Notes under the pieces: generated by a model | What the model saw: only the letters and a program-made list of their open reading frames with translations | The model's database searches: none | What the model was told of the DNA's origin: nothing | Translations under genes and position numbers: made by a program | In this document: positions 1 to 9,400 of the stretch, one piece after another | How positions within the stretch are numbered: position 1 is the stretch's first letter | Layout: the number at the start of each line of letters is the position of its first letter | IMG/VR virus record: IMGVR_UViG_3300032318_000487 | Location: 1-64,000 of that record | DNA length: 64,000 bases | Direction: 5' to 3' (one strand) | From: a virus | Taxonomy: Duplodnaviria; Caudoviricetes

Positions 1-264
1 GCCACGTCCTTTGTATTTTACTCCATCACCACGCTGTGTATTTCCTAAATCACGACGACCCTCGTAAGCTGATCCAGATGCAAACTCTTCTAGAGTTGTA
101 AATGATGCTGATTCATGGGCACATTGAGCAATAAAGTGACATACACGCAGATACGTATTAACTTCATATTTTGACATGTGTTTGTCAAAATATTTCTCTA
201 AGTCTGAAATAATATTATCGTTTGAGTTTGGTGCAATCTGCTTCAGAACTTCTTTAGTAATCAT
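1..264 (-). CDS. Glycoside hydrolase family 19 (chitinase-like) endolysin, 3' part truncated by window edge
   Basis: Manual translation from ATG at 264: MITKEVLKQIAPN...RVCHFIAQCAHESASFTTLEEFASGSAYEGRRDLGNTQRGDGVKYKGRG. The FIAQxxHES and GDGxKYKGRG motifs are GH19 signatures. Not in ORF track. Confidence 0.9.
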   Translation of the reverse strand, partial: MITKEVLKQIAPNSNDNIISDLEKYFDKHMSKYEVNTYLRVCHFIAQCAHESASFTTLEEFASGSAYEGRRDLGNTQRGDGVKYKGRG

Positions 265-270
265 GATAAG

Positions 271-1422
271 TTAACTCTTTCTTCTGACAACTTTCTTTGG
301 TTGTGAAATACTTGCAACTAGCTTTGTCTTTAGAATCTCTCTTGCTGAAGGATCTCTGTCTCTCTCGACCTCATCATATGAAACATGAGTCTCTTCTGGA
401 TCTCTTGGATCTAGATTGACTGGCTTTCCTTTTTTGCCACCAATCCAACCGTGAATATTGACACCTCTTTCTTTTGAAAGGTTCTGCCAAAGTTTTTGAC
501 CACCAGAAGTATGAGCATGTCCTACAAGTGCAGTAGAATGTCCTGACTGTAGAATCTTCTTATACACTTTATGAACTTTAGGACCTTTACCTGTTGAGTC
601 TGTTGTGTCAATATCAAAGACACCAGTCTTATAGTTTCTCTTACCATAGATTGTTGCTGAACTAATACCTGTGTTTCTATTTCTCACAGTGTATAGTGAT
701 GAACCATCAAGATCATATGAATGATGCAAGTCATGTTCTTTATCGACTCTAGCTATCTTAGCTCCAGCATCTTCAGCACTGATTTTTCTACCAGTTTCTT
801 TGTTGAATCTTGTTCTTCTACCATAACCTTGAAGAAGAGGAGCTTCTGTGATGTTCTTTGACTTCATGTATGAAGCAATAGATTCCATCATAGGTGTTTT
901 ACGACGCAACAGTTCTACATCCATAGTTTGTGCATATTGCTCTTTATTGGTTTTCTTTTTATATTTTTTGAGTGGTTCACCTCTAGGAAATGCTTGAGGA
1001 TCATCACCAGTTCCTGGAATGGCAGGACCTGTAGCATTGGCTGGTGCTTCTTCTTTTAGAGGACCATTTGTGAGCCAAGCATCGCATGTTCTTTCTCCTG
1101 CACATTTGAAGTAGAACAACTCACAAAAACCTAAGTTTGCTGTTTCAACAATCTTATCACCGACAGGACCCAGTGCTTCTCCCATGGCTTTAAGGATTTC
1201 TGGAGTCTGATTGAACGCGGCACAATTGTAGCAGCGTGACTTCTTAGCTTCTACAATTGTATTATCCCAGAGATCAGCTTTCTTTTGCCAGAAGTCTTCG
1301 CTCTTTTCATTGGGATTCATAGGTCCATATCCGTATTCATCAATTGCATGATTACGGTTGTCTAGATTGACATGAACGTCTTCGATTGCTTTGTAGTGAT
1401 CTTTTTGATTGTGTGAACTCAT
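271..1422 (-). CDS. Multi-domain T4-like late/virion protein (N-terminal Cys-containing conserved phage domain, NATGPAIPGTG motif, possible C-terminal GNAT-like domain)
   Basis: ORF 271..1476; likely start MSSH at 1422. Motifs RCYNCAAF / GFCELFYFKCAGERTCDAW, and HTSGGQKLWQNL near the C-terminus. Confidence 0.55.
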   Translation of the reverse strand: MSSHNQKDHYKAIEDVHVNLDNRNHAIDEYGYGPMNPNEKSEDFWQKKADLWDNTIVEAKKSRCYNCAAFNQTPEILKAMGEALGPVGDKIVETANLGFCELFYFKCAGERTCDAWLTNGPLKEEAPANATGPAIPGTGDDPQAFPRGEPLKKYKKKTNKEQYAQTMDVELLRRKTPMMESIASYMKSKNITEAPLLQGYGRRTRFNKETGRKISAEDAGAKIARVDKEHDLHHSYDLDGSSLYTVRNRNTGISSATIYGKRNYKTGVFDIDTTDSTGKGPKVHKVYKKILQSGHSTALVGHAHTSGGQKLWQNLSKERGVNIHGWIGGKKGKPVNLDPRDPEETHVSYDEVERDRDPSAREILKTKLVASISQPKKVVRRKS

Positions 1423-1429
1423 TTTTATC

Positions 1430-1458
1430 TTGACAACCTCTTGACAAAGTGGTATAAA
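1430..1458 (+). promoter_or_regulatory. Sigma70-type promoter on the antisense strand (TTGACA-17-TATAAA) within a duplicated element
   Basis: TTGACA 1430-1435, second TTGACA 1441-1446, TATAAA 1453-1458; spacing exactly 17 from the first hexamer. Confidence 0.55.
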
Positions 1459-1492
1459 GGCTATGCCCTGTAGCAAATGAATAATTTTATAT
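1430..1492. repeat. ~60-bp dispersed repeat, copy 1 (copy 2 at 63865-63927)
   Basis: TTGACA-N5-TTGACAAAGTGGTATAAAGGCTATGCCCTGT(A/T)GCAAATGAAT is shared by both copies. Confidence 0.95.
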
Positions 1493-1873
1493 GTCTCTAA
1501 GTCTCTTGCCTACAAACAGATCAACTGATATGTCTGATGAGTTTAAGTCTTTTCCATTGATACCAGTTACTAACTTAGGCATGTAGTTTAGATAGAGAAG
1601 AAATGTTTTAAGTATATTATAATCTTCTCTATCTAGCTTGAAGAACAACATTCTAACTGAAGATGGAATACCAAATACATTACCTAGAATGATGATGTGA
1701 TTGAGTATAAGTCTTTCTTTTAGTTCACCTGTTGTTCTATATCTTTTTATAAGTCTCTTGATGTACTTTATTCTTTTTAAATCTTCTTCAAACTCACTCA
1801 TGATAACACTTGGTTTATCATAGGCTTTCATAGCAAAGATCAAGAAGTTGTCATCACAAATGTTATCAATCAT
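1487..1873 (-). CDS. Conserved T4-like hypothetical protein
   Basis: 128 aa; NFLIFAMKAYDKP...EFEEDLKRIKYIKRL...GELKERLILNHIIILGNVFG is a recurrent T4-like core-accessory sequence. Confidence 0.75.
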   Translation of the reverse strand: MIDNICDDNFLIFAMKAYDKPSVIMSEFEEDLKRIKYIKRLIKRYRTTGELKERLILNHIIILGNVFGIPSSVRMLFFKLDREDYNILKTFLLYLNYMPKLVTGINGKDLNSSDISVDLFVGKRLRDI

Positions 1874-1884
1874 TTATTTTTTTA

Positions 1885-2424
1885 TTAATCTTTCTCTTCT
1901 TCTGTCTCACCAGTTAGTTCAGCTTCAAGATCAGTCATAATCTCTTCGATGTCATCTTCATCTACGATTTCACAGAAGACATTGAACATACCACAGTCAG
2001 ACATTCTGTATTCAAAATACATATAGTATTCTGTCACTGTTGGCTTCTGAATGAGTTGATTGCCCTCACCTTCTTCATGAGGACCATGAGTGTAGTCTTT
2101 TCTGACTTCACCATTGATCACAAACTGTCCATCATCAGTCTGACCAAACTTTGGACCAAACTGATTGATTGAGTGTACTAGATGTCCTGAATCACCTTCA
2201 AGAAAAGTGTTGACAGGAACAAAGATATGATAAGATGCAAGAACTTTGGAGACTCTTTGATAGGCAATGTAAGGAGTGACAAACTTTTCGGATGTCACTC
2301 CTGCTAAAAGACTATTCAAGTTATCTCTTACAGCAGCATCTCTGATATCAAAAGAACCGCTCTTTACGTTAGCAAAGGGAACAGTTTCTTCGTTGAGATA
2401 TTGTTTAAGAGTCTTGAGTTTCAT
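1885..2424 (-). CDS. Hypothetical protein with acidic C-terminus (probable head-associated)
   Basis: 179-aa ORF starting MKLKTLKQYLNEE, in late-gene context. Confidence 0.6.
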   Translation of the reverse strand: MKLKTLKQYLNEETVPFANVKSGSFDIRDAAVRDNLNSLLAGVTSEKFVTPYIAYQRVSKVLASYHIFVPVNTFLEGDSGHLVHSINQFGPKFGQTDDGQFVINGEVRKDYTHGPHEEGEGNQLIQKPTVTEYYMYFEYRMSDCGMFNVFCEIVDEDDIEEIMTDLEAELTGETEEEKD

Positions 2425-2426
2425 GA

Positions 2427-3032
2427 TTAAATACCTGAGAAGAATACGTTGTCTCTTGGATCATCAAATGTGATTGAACCCATAGAAACGAGTGTTTCAG
2501 ATTGAATACGTCCAGCACGTCCACCAAGTGTTACAGTAAATGTGCCTAGAGATGTGTTTGCACCGTTTGTTCTAACTGTGATTGCAGATGCATTAGAGAA
2601 ACCACTACCACCATTTACAATTGTAAATGTACCATATGTATTAAGTGTTGAGTTTGATGAAGAACTCTGTAGTGTATTCTGAGCATTTGCAGTAGTGAAT
2701 GAAATGTTAGCACTTGTTCCCTGACCGTGTGCGCTTATATCAGCGATTGTTAGAAAACCAGCGGCATTGATGCCAGTGCCACCAGATACACTAATACTTG
2801 AGATAGGACCAGTACCAATTTTAATGCTTACCCAACCAGCGTGCACTGAACTATTTGATGCAGGGGCACGAACAGCTTCTTCAGTAGCTGATACACCTGC
2901 AACAATACCATAATACTTAGCAGTATTTGCTTCTGTACCATTGATAACTGAGTTTGAATAAGCATTTGATGTATTAGCATACAATGGTTTACCATTGCCT
3001 GTTGCGTAGTCGAAATTTTTCCATAATGGCAT
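2427..3032 (-). CDS. Virion structural protein (G/S/T/N-rich)
   Basis: MPLW N-terminus, HAGWV and GGRAGRIQSETLVSM motifs typical of a T4-like/cyanophage virion protein family; late-promoter-like AATAAATA just upstream. Confidence 0.7.
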   Translation of the reverse strand: MPLWKNFDYATGNGKPLYANTSNAYSNSVINGTEANTAKYYGIVAGVSATEEAVRAPASNSSVHAGWVSIKIGTGPISSISVSGGTGINAAGFLTIADISAHGQGTSANISFTTANAQNTLQSSSSNSTLNTYGTFTIVNGGSGFSNASAITVRTNGANTSLGTFTVTLGGRAGRIQSETLVSMGSITFDDPRDNVFFSGI

Positions 3033-3071
3033 TTTTTAAACTCCTTTAGAATTTTTTTATATTTATTGTTA

Positions 3072-5951
3072 TTAGTAACCAGTCATTGATGGCTTTTTTG
3101 GCTCAGTGTCGATCTCATTGGGTATTTCGCCAGTAAGTGTTTTTTTTCCGTTAACTTCACTGTTCTGATCTTTCTTAGTCTTAACTTTTTCAAAAGCTTT
3201 TTCTCTAGCTTCTTTCATAAAAGAAAATTCTTCATATCGATTCTTCATACTCTGATTGCCACCCCAGTTTCTGTTTTCTAATTTACCTAGAGTAGTTTTG
3301 AATGTATGTCTTTTGCGATTGCGTCTTGTACCAAATTGAGATCCAATTCTCTCTTCAAGATTTTCTTCATCAACTATACCATGATGTTGTTCTTTTTCAG
3401 AACGACCAACTGGCTTATTTGGACCTGAATAGTCTTGAAGATCAGCAGCAACACCACCTGTAAACTTTTCAGACTTTTGTTCACGATACATTCTTCTGAT
3501 CTTTTTCTCTAAAGACTCATCCATCATACCAGAACTTTTAAGATAGTCAGCGTTTGACTGCTGTGGTGCAGATGTCTGCTGTCTAGCAGGTCTTTGTGTT
3601 GATGATGCTGGTGCTGTTGGTGCAGCTTGTCTTTCAGCTCTTGCTTGGTTGTCAGCCCTAACAAAATCTGCACTTGTTGCGTCATCACCCTTATCTGACA
3701 TAGCTTGAAACATCTGTGATGATCTAGTTGGTTGAGCAGGTGCAGATGGTCTAGCTGACGATGTTGTAGCAGCAGGAGAAGGTGCAGGTCTTGCAGCAGG
3801 TGCAGCAGACGTTGAAGGTCTGTCTGTGCTGAATCCAGTTGCCTTTACAGGAGAATAAGATCCCATTGTTTTATTGCCTGTGTCACCTAAAGCATCTCTC
3901 ACGCTAACACTTGGTGTGTTACCTCTGAAGGTAGAAGGAGACAGATTAGGACCTGACGCAACCATAGAAGGAGTGCTTGATGTTCTACCAGTAGGTGGCG
4001 TCATTGATAGTGATCCATATGAAGATCCACCTGGTGGATTTGCTGTTCCAGCAGGCGGATTCATTGCTCGATCCATTGCCGCTCTATTTAATCCAACTTC
4101 TGTTGGCACGCGACTTGTCGGAGCAGGGGGTCTTGCGACATTTGTTGGTCCTCTTTCGCCGGGTCTTACTCCACCTATTCTGGCAGTTGAGGTTGTTGTT
4201 GGTTGATCTGCTCTTAATCCTGTTGATGTTGTTAAAGTACTACCATCATCAAATGTTTGTTGTCTTGTAACAATTCTTTCATTGATCAGTGCATCGAAAG
4301 CTTCTTCACCAAGATTCTTTCTAATCTCTTCCATTACAGCATCTAAATCGAAGTCTTCATCAACTTTTTTTTTTGAAAGACCTGCCTGACTCAAAGCAAT
4401 AGCAACAGCCTGCTTACGAGAAGTTACTTCAGGTCCTTCTTTCGAACCAGAGTTAAGTTCGCCTTTCTTAAATTCACCCATCACCTTTTCAATTTTTTTC
4501 TGTTGAGCAGGTGTAGCCTTTTCTTCATCCATCTTGCTCTTCATTGCTTCTTTTCTGGCAGCATTAATCTTATCGAGAGAAAGCTCATCAATCTGCTCGA
4601 CTTCTTCTTTAGCAAGTCTTTTTGCAGCGTTAACAATATAATCAACAGTTTTCCGTGACTCGATATCAAGTTCTTCACCGCGTTTTGATCCTGGACCTTC
4701 AGTTCCAGCAACTCTAGCTTGCGCACGGGCGCGGTCTGAAGCCTTCTTTACATAATCGATAAGAGCATTTTTTCCAGCTTTTGTATCACCAATTTCATCA
4801 AGCTGCTTTAAAGTTTCTTCAAGATTGGGTGGTCGTCTTGGAGGCATAGGATGATTTCTAGGTATCTCTGTCTTAGGCTGCTCAGGCTTATACTCAATCT
4901 CGTCCTTGTACTTAGGAGCGCCAGCGGCGCGAGGTGCAGCAAAGTCTGGATCAGAAGATGACTTATCTTCTTCATTTACCTTTTTCTTTTTTTCAGTTTT
5001 TGTAGCGAGAACTCTAGCCATAGTTGGAACGTTATATGGATCTCTTGGATCAATATAACCTGGCAAGTGTTTAAAACGAGATCCACCTGGTAATGCAAAG
5101 GGAGCAGTTCCGTCTGGTTTTTTACTGTTGATACCTAGTTTAGCTCCAGCAAGTTTATTAATACGATAGTCTCTTTTATTTACTCGATCATATTCATCAT
5201 CAGCTTTTTTAACTTCAGGATTTTCTGAATCTTTATCATGTTTTTGAAATGCTTTTCTAGCAGCAGCAGCAGCACGCTTTCTACTGTCAGTAGAAAGTTT
5301 CATTACTCTCTTGGCTAATCTTTGAGAAATTTCATCAAGCTGTTCTTCATCGAGTTCGTAATCTTCTCTCATCTTTTTCTTTTTTGAACTTGGCATATTA
5401 GCACCAGTCATGCCAGCAAGATCAGCCGCTGTACGACGATCTCCTGCTCTGGCAATACCTGTAACTCTTTTTTGAATGGTATCCATATCACGATCAGAAG
5501 GTCCACCCAAACCAACCATTTTCTTCAAACCGGCTATCATAATTTTACCACCAACAGAAGCCTTAGCTTTATCTACATATTTTTCTCGTTCACCTGGTGC
5601 TTTGATACCCTTGAGTTCATCAAGCTGTTCTTCTTCATCCTGCTTATTCATCTTTTTATTTCTCATGGCATTGCCAATAGCTTGACGACGATTTGCAAGA
5701 TACTTATCAGTTGAATGACCATGCTTGCCATCATTATTAATATCAGAGTCTTCTTGACCTACAGGATCGAGAGCTTCATCAAGAAGCTGCTCTAGCAATG
5801 CATCATAGTTTGCAAGATGCTCATGAGGAAGAGCATTACGTGAAGCAATGCCTAGTTCTTCACAGAGACCAGCTTCGACTCTACGACGAAGCTCATTCTG
5901 TTCCATAATCTTCTTTACGCTTTTTACTAATGGATCATTCTTCTTAAACAT
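3072..5951 (-). CDS. 959-aa mosaic internal head protein with repeated (Q)LDE linkers, DPVGQED motif, DUF6496-like module and S/T/P/A-rich low-complexity tract
   Basis: DPVGQEDSDINNDG..DKYLANRRQAI; EEQLDE/QIDE repeats; KVMGEFKKGELNSGSKEGPEVTSRKQAVAIALSQA (DUF6496-like). Confidence 0.7.
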   Translation of the reverse strand: MFKKNDPLVKSVKKIMEQNELRRRVEAGLCEELGIASRNALPHEHLANYDALLEQLLDEALDPVGQEDSDINNDGKHGHSTDKYLANRRQAIGNAMRNKKMNKQDEEEQLDELKGIKAPGEREKYVDKAKASVGGKIMIAGLKKMVGLGGPSDRDMDTIQKRVTGIARAGDRRTAADLAGMTGANMPSSKKKKMREDYELDEEQLDEISQRLAKRVMKLSTDSRKRAAAAARKAFQKHDKDSENPEVKKADDEYDRVNKRDYRINKLAGAKLGINSKKPDGTAPFALPGGSRFKHLPGYIDPRDPYNVPTMARVLATKTEKKKKVNEEDKSSSDPDFAAPRAAGAPKYKDEIEYKPEQPKTEIPRNHPMPPRRPPNLEETLKQLDEIGDTKAGKNALIDYVKKASDRARAQARVAGTEGPGSKRGEELDIESRKTVDYIVNAAKRLAKEEVEQIDELSLDKINAARKEAMKSKMDEEKATPAQQKKIEKVMGEFKKGELNSGSKEGPEVTSRKQAVAIALSQAGLSKKKVDEDFDLDAVMEEIRKNLGEEAFDALINERIVTRQQTFDDGSTLTTSTGLRADQPTTTSTARIGGVRPGERGPTNVARPPAPTSRVPTEVGLNRAAMDRAMNPPAGTANPPGGSSYGSLSMTPPTGRTSSTPSMVASGPNLSPSTFRGNTPSVSVRDALGDTGNKTMGSYSPVKATGFSTDRPSTSAAPAARPAPSPAATTSSARPSAPAQPTRSSQMFQAMSDKGDDATSADFVRADNQARAERQAAPTAPASSTQRPARQQTSAPQQSNADYLKSSGMMDESLEKKIRRMYREQKSEKFTGGVAADLQDYSGPNKPVGRSEKEQHHGIVDEENLEERIGSQFGTRRNRKRHTFKTTLGKLENRNWGGNQSMKNRYEEFSFMKEAREKAFEKVKTKKDQNSEVNGKKTLTGEIPNEIDTEPKKPSMTGY

Positions 5952-6002
5952 TTGTTGTGTTCCTTTATTTTTGAATTGACGATTCTTTATATTTATCGAA
6001 AG

Positions 6003-6413
6003 TTATTCTTCGCCATATTTTTTATTATATGCTGTCCATTCTCTTTTATCTGAACTTGCATATAGATACTGAGCAGCGAATTCCAACAAGAGTGGATCAT
6101 CTCTAAAATGACCTAATCCTCTGTTACAATGATTACATAACATTCCTCTAACTTTATCCGTTTTATGATCATGATCTATTACTAATTTTTCTTCTGATCC
6201 ACATATCACACATTCTTTAGTTTCATCTTTTATAGATTGAAGATTTTCTTCACTAATAAACTTAGTGTATTTTTTGCCAACTTTACCTCTCTTATAAGAG
6301 TTTCTGCAATCTCTACACCAACTATCAAACCCACTTTTTGTTTTATTATGTGGAGGAAAATTAGATAAGTCTAAAGGTTTACTGACTTTGCATCTTGTGC
6401 AGTCTTTATTCAT
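6003..6413 (-). CDS. Endonuclease VII-family (HNH-like) putative homing endonuclease
   Basis: CVICG...LVIDHDHKTDKVRGMLCNHCNRGLGHFRDD, plus an N-terminal CxxC..CxxC zinc motif. Confidence 0.85.
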   Translation of the reverse strand: MNKDCTRCKVSKPLDLSNFPPHNKTKSGFDSWCRDCRNSYKRGKVGKKYTKFISEENLQSIKDETKECVICGSEEKLVIDHDHKTDKVRGMLCNHCNRGLGHFRDDPLLLEFAAQYLYASSDKREWTAYNKKYGEE

Positions 6414-9400
6414 TCTTCACAATTCCATCTTCTTAGTGCTTTTGCTTTTGGTGTTGGTCTACCCTTTTCATCTCTCATAGGACCTTTAACACCACCCATT
6501 CTCCTACAAAATGAAAGACGACGCTTTGCTCTCTTGCCTGTTGGATTCTTTTCAGTTACAGCAGTTGAAAGTTTAGAACCTGGATTTTCACGACGATATG
6601 CATTGACAGCTTTCTGACTTAGACCATCTGTCTTGTCTTGACGATTGACTTTCTGCCAGTCTTCATCAATGCCTTGATTACCATATCTACTACCAGTAAA
6701 GATGTTGCCTTCAGGTGGTTTTGCTTCTGGATTATCTTTATAGAACTTTCTCATAAAAGGTGAATCACTGACAGCCGCATTAGCTGCACGACCTGTTTGC
6801 AATATTACTTCAGCCGTATCCCGAGCTTGCTGTGCAGAATTATCAACTTTTGGTTCGGGTGCCCTTAGAGTTCTTTGCGAACCTAGAGTCATATCTGAAC
6901 CTTGTGGCTTTTTTGTTGGCTCAGGAGATAACGCACCGCCGCTGCTAGAAGAGTTGGTTCTTGCAGAAGGCGCTCTTGAGGTTGCTGACTGTTGTCGTTG
7001 TTGTCTTGCTCTCATCTGACCGTCAACCCAGTTTTGCATCCATGCACCAACCTGATCGCCAAAATCTTTATTTGGATCGGCAATTACTGCACCAGATGTG
7101 CTGCTTTTTGGTACTTCTGTCTTAGGTGCTTCTGGTACTTTAGGTACCTCTGGCTTAGGGGCAGGTGTGGCAGTTGTTGTAGGTTTAGCTGCAACATCTA
7201 AGTCTTTTGGTCTAGCAACTGGCGGAGGTGCTGCACTCAACCTCTTCGCAACATCTGACGATGATGAAGTTCTGGTTGCAGATGTAGCCGACTGGCTATT
7301 ATCTGCTGTGGGTGTGCCCATGTTTCTTTGAAATTTTGTCCAGTACTTATCAGAAGTTGTACCTCTGTTGGTTTCCAACTGCTTTCTTGTCATTCTACCT
7401 TCTGCGTTGCCTGTATAATGTATGTTCATGGCACGTCGCAGAGCTTCTGGATTTTCATCACCACCTTGTTTAATATAGTTTGATCTTGTTTTAGTTCTCA
7501 TAACATCATCTTGAAGTTCAGGTGGTGCCTTATATGCATTTGGATATTTTTTCAAGTCATCCATTCTACCCTGTTGACGCAGTTGTTGTCTCCAAGTGCT
7601 ATTGGTAAAAGCATATGCACCAGATGCAGTACCTTTAATACCTCTTGGTTTTGGTATAGAGTAGTTACCTTCAGGAGTACCTGATTCAACGCCTCTAAAA
7701 CCACGCTGTATTCTAGACCAATCTCTATCAAAGTTTGCTGCGCTTTGTTCTTTCAAAGACTTCTTTTCAGTCATAGCAGTATTTTCACGACGATTTACTT
7801 TTTGCCAGTCTTCATCAATTCCTTCATCACCGTGTCTGCTACCAGTAAAGATGTTTGCTTTACCTTTTGGTTCAGTCAGTGCCTTATACATTTCAGGATC
7901 AGTATCTTTCTTTCTTGAAATAACAGGATCAGCACTTCTAATAGCTGATGCTGCTGCTGCACCTGTCTCTCTTCTGACCTTCTCAGCATCAACATCTTGT
8001 TGATCAGAAGTTGACATACGATTACGATCATCAGACTTAGTTACCATCTCAGGTGTTTTGGGTCCACGTGACATAGGTGCTGGTTCTTGTTTATTTCTAT
8101 CATCAGACTTGGTTATCATTTCTGGTGTTCTTGGACCACGAGTCATTGGCTCAGATTTTGGTTCAACTCTTCTTTGACTTGATGGTAGTTCAGTCTCACC
8201 CTTCTTAAGAGAAGTATACTTTTTTCCTCTCCACTCAAATTCTCTGTTACCAGCTTCTCTAGCTGATGTAAAAGCTGAGCCAAAAGAACCTTGCTCGCTC
8301 ATTTCTTCTTTTGAAGATGAGTTATGAACTGTGCCCATATCACGACCACCATATATAGAATCCCAACTCTCTCTTAGATGAGTGAAGTACTTTGGACCTT
8401 TTTCATGCTCTTCGAAGAATGACTCGTTGAGACTTGTCATTGTTTCGAGAAGCTTTCTCTCAGCATCAGCACCATACTTGTTGATGTACCTTTCAATCAC
8501 ATGCTCTTGACTTGCCCATTCAATGATTGACTCTTGAATGTCTGCTGTGTAACCCATATATGCTGGTGATCTTGCTCTTGTAAACATTGGTCCTACTCCA
8601 TCTGATACTGGTAAACCTCCTACTGGAAGATTATTGTCTTCTTTCATCTTCTTTAATTTCATTTTCTTCTTTTCGAAGAGAGGATTTTCTGGAAAATTTT
8701 GACCTGGTGTGGCATCTCTATAAATCTTAGCTAGAGAGTTTGTACCCCACTCACGATCAGATGGTGTATTTGTTGACTCATCTACTTTGACACAATTTGG
8801 CACCATACGGTTACCTTTTTTCTTCATGCCAACTCTTTTGTAACCATCCCAACATGCTTCATCGACAACACTCTCACTGACAGATTTCCATCCACCACCC
8901 TTTGACTTATACCACTTAGCAGCCCAACCATTAGCATATGCAGATGGATAAACATCAAACTTCTGTTTTGCCATAGACTTTGCTTTTGACCATAGACTTG
9001 GATTTGTTGGCATATTCTTTTCTAAGAGTGTCTCTTCATTTGTCTTTACAAACACAGGCTTGTTGCCTTTACCTTCTCTGTTTGCCACTGGATCTTCCCT
9101 TCTCTTTCTTCTAGCTGCTTTTGCTCTTGCTTCTTTGCCCATCGCAACAGCACTTGCGAGAGGTCTACACTTTGGCTTACCTTCACCGGGTTCTCTTGCA
9201 CAATCACCCTTGATGTTTCCTTTAGTATCAAATCTAACCCACTTCTCTTTGAACCACTTTCTCAAGTCTTCGTTCAGTGTGTTTTGCTTTGGTACAATTT
9301 TACCATCTTGTGATACGTGAGTGACGGTGTGCTTTCCATTGATTGATCTTCCGTATCTACCAAAACCATAGTAAGAAAGACCCATTCTTCTCGCTAAGTT

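Noticed and set aside
4364-4375. Poly-T tract as a frameshift or phase-variation site
   Set aside because: It simply encodes a Lys run in an intact reading frame; such tracts are common in this AT-rich sequence.
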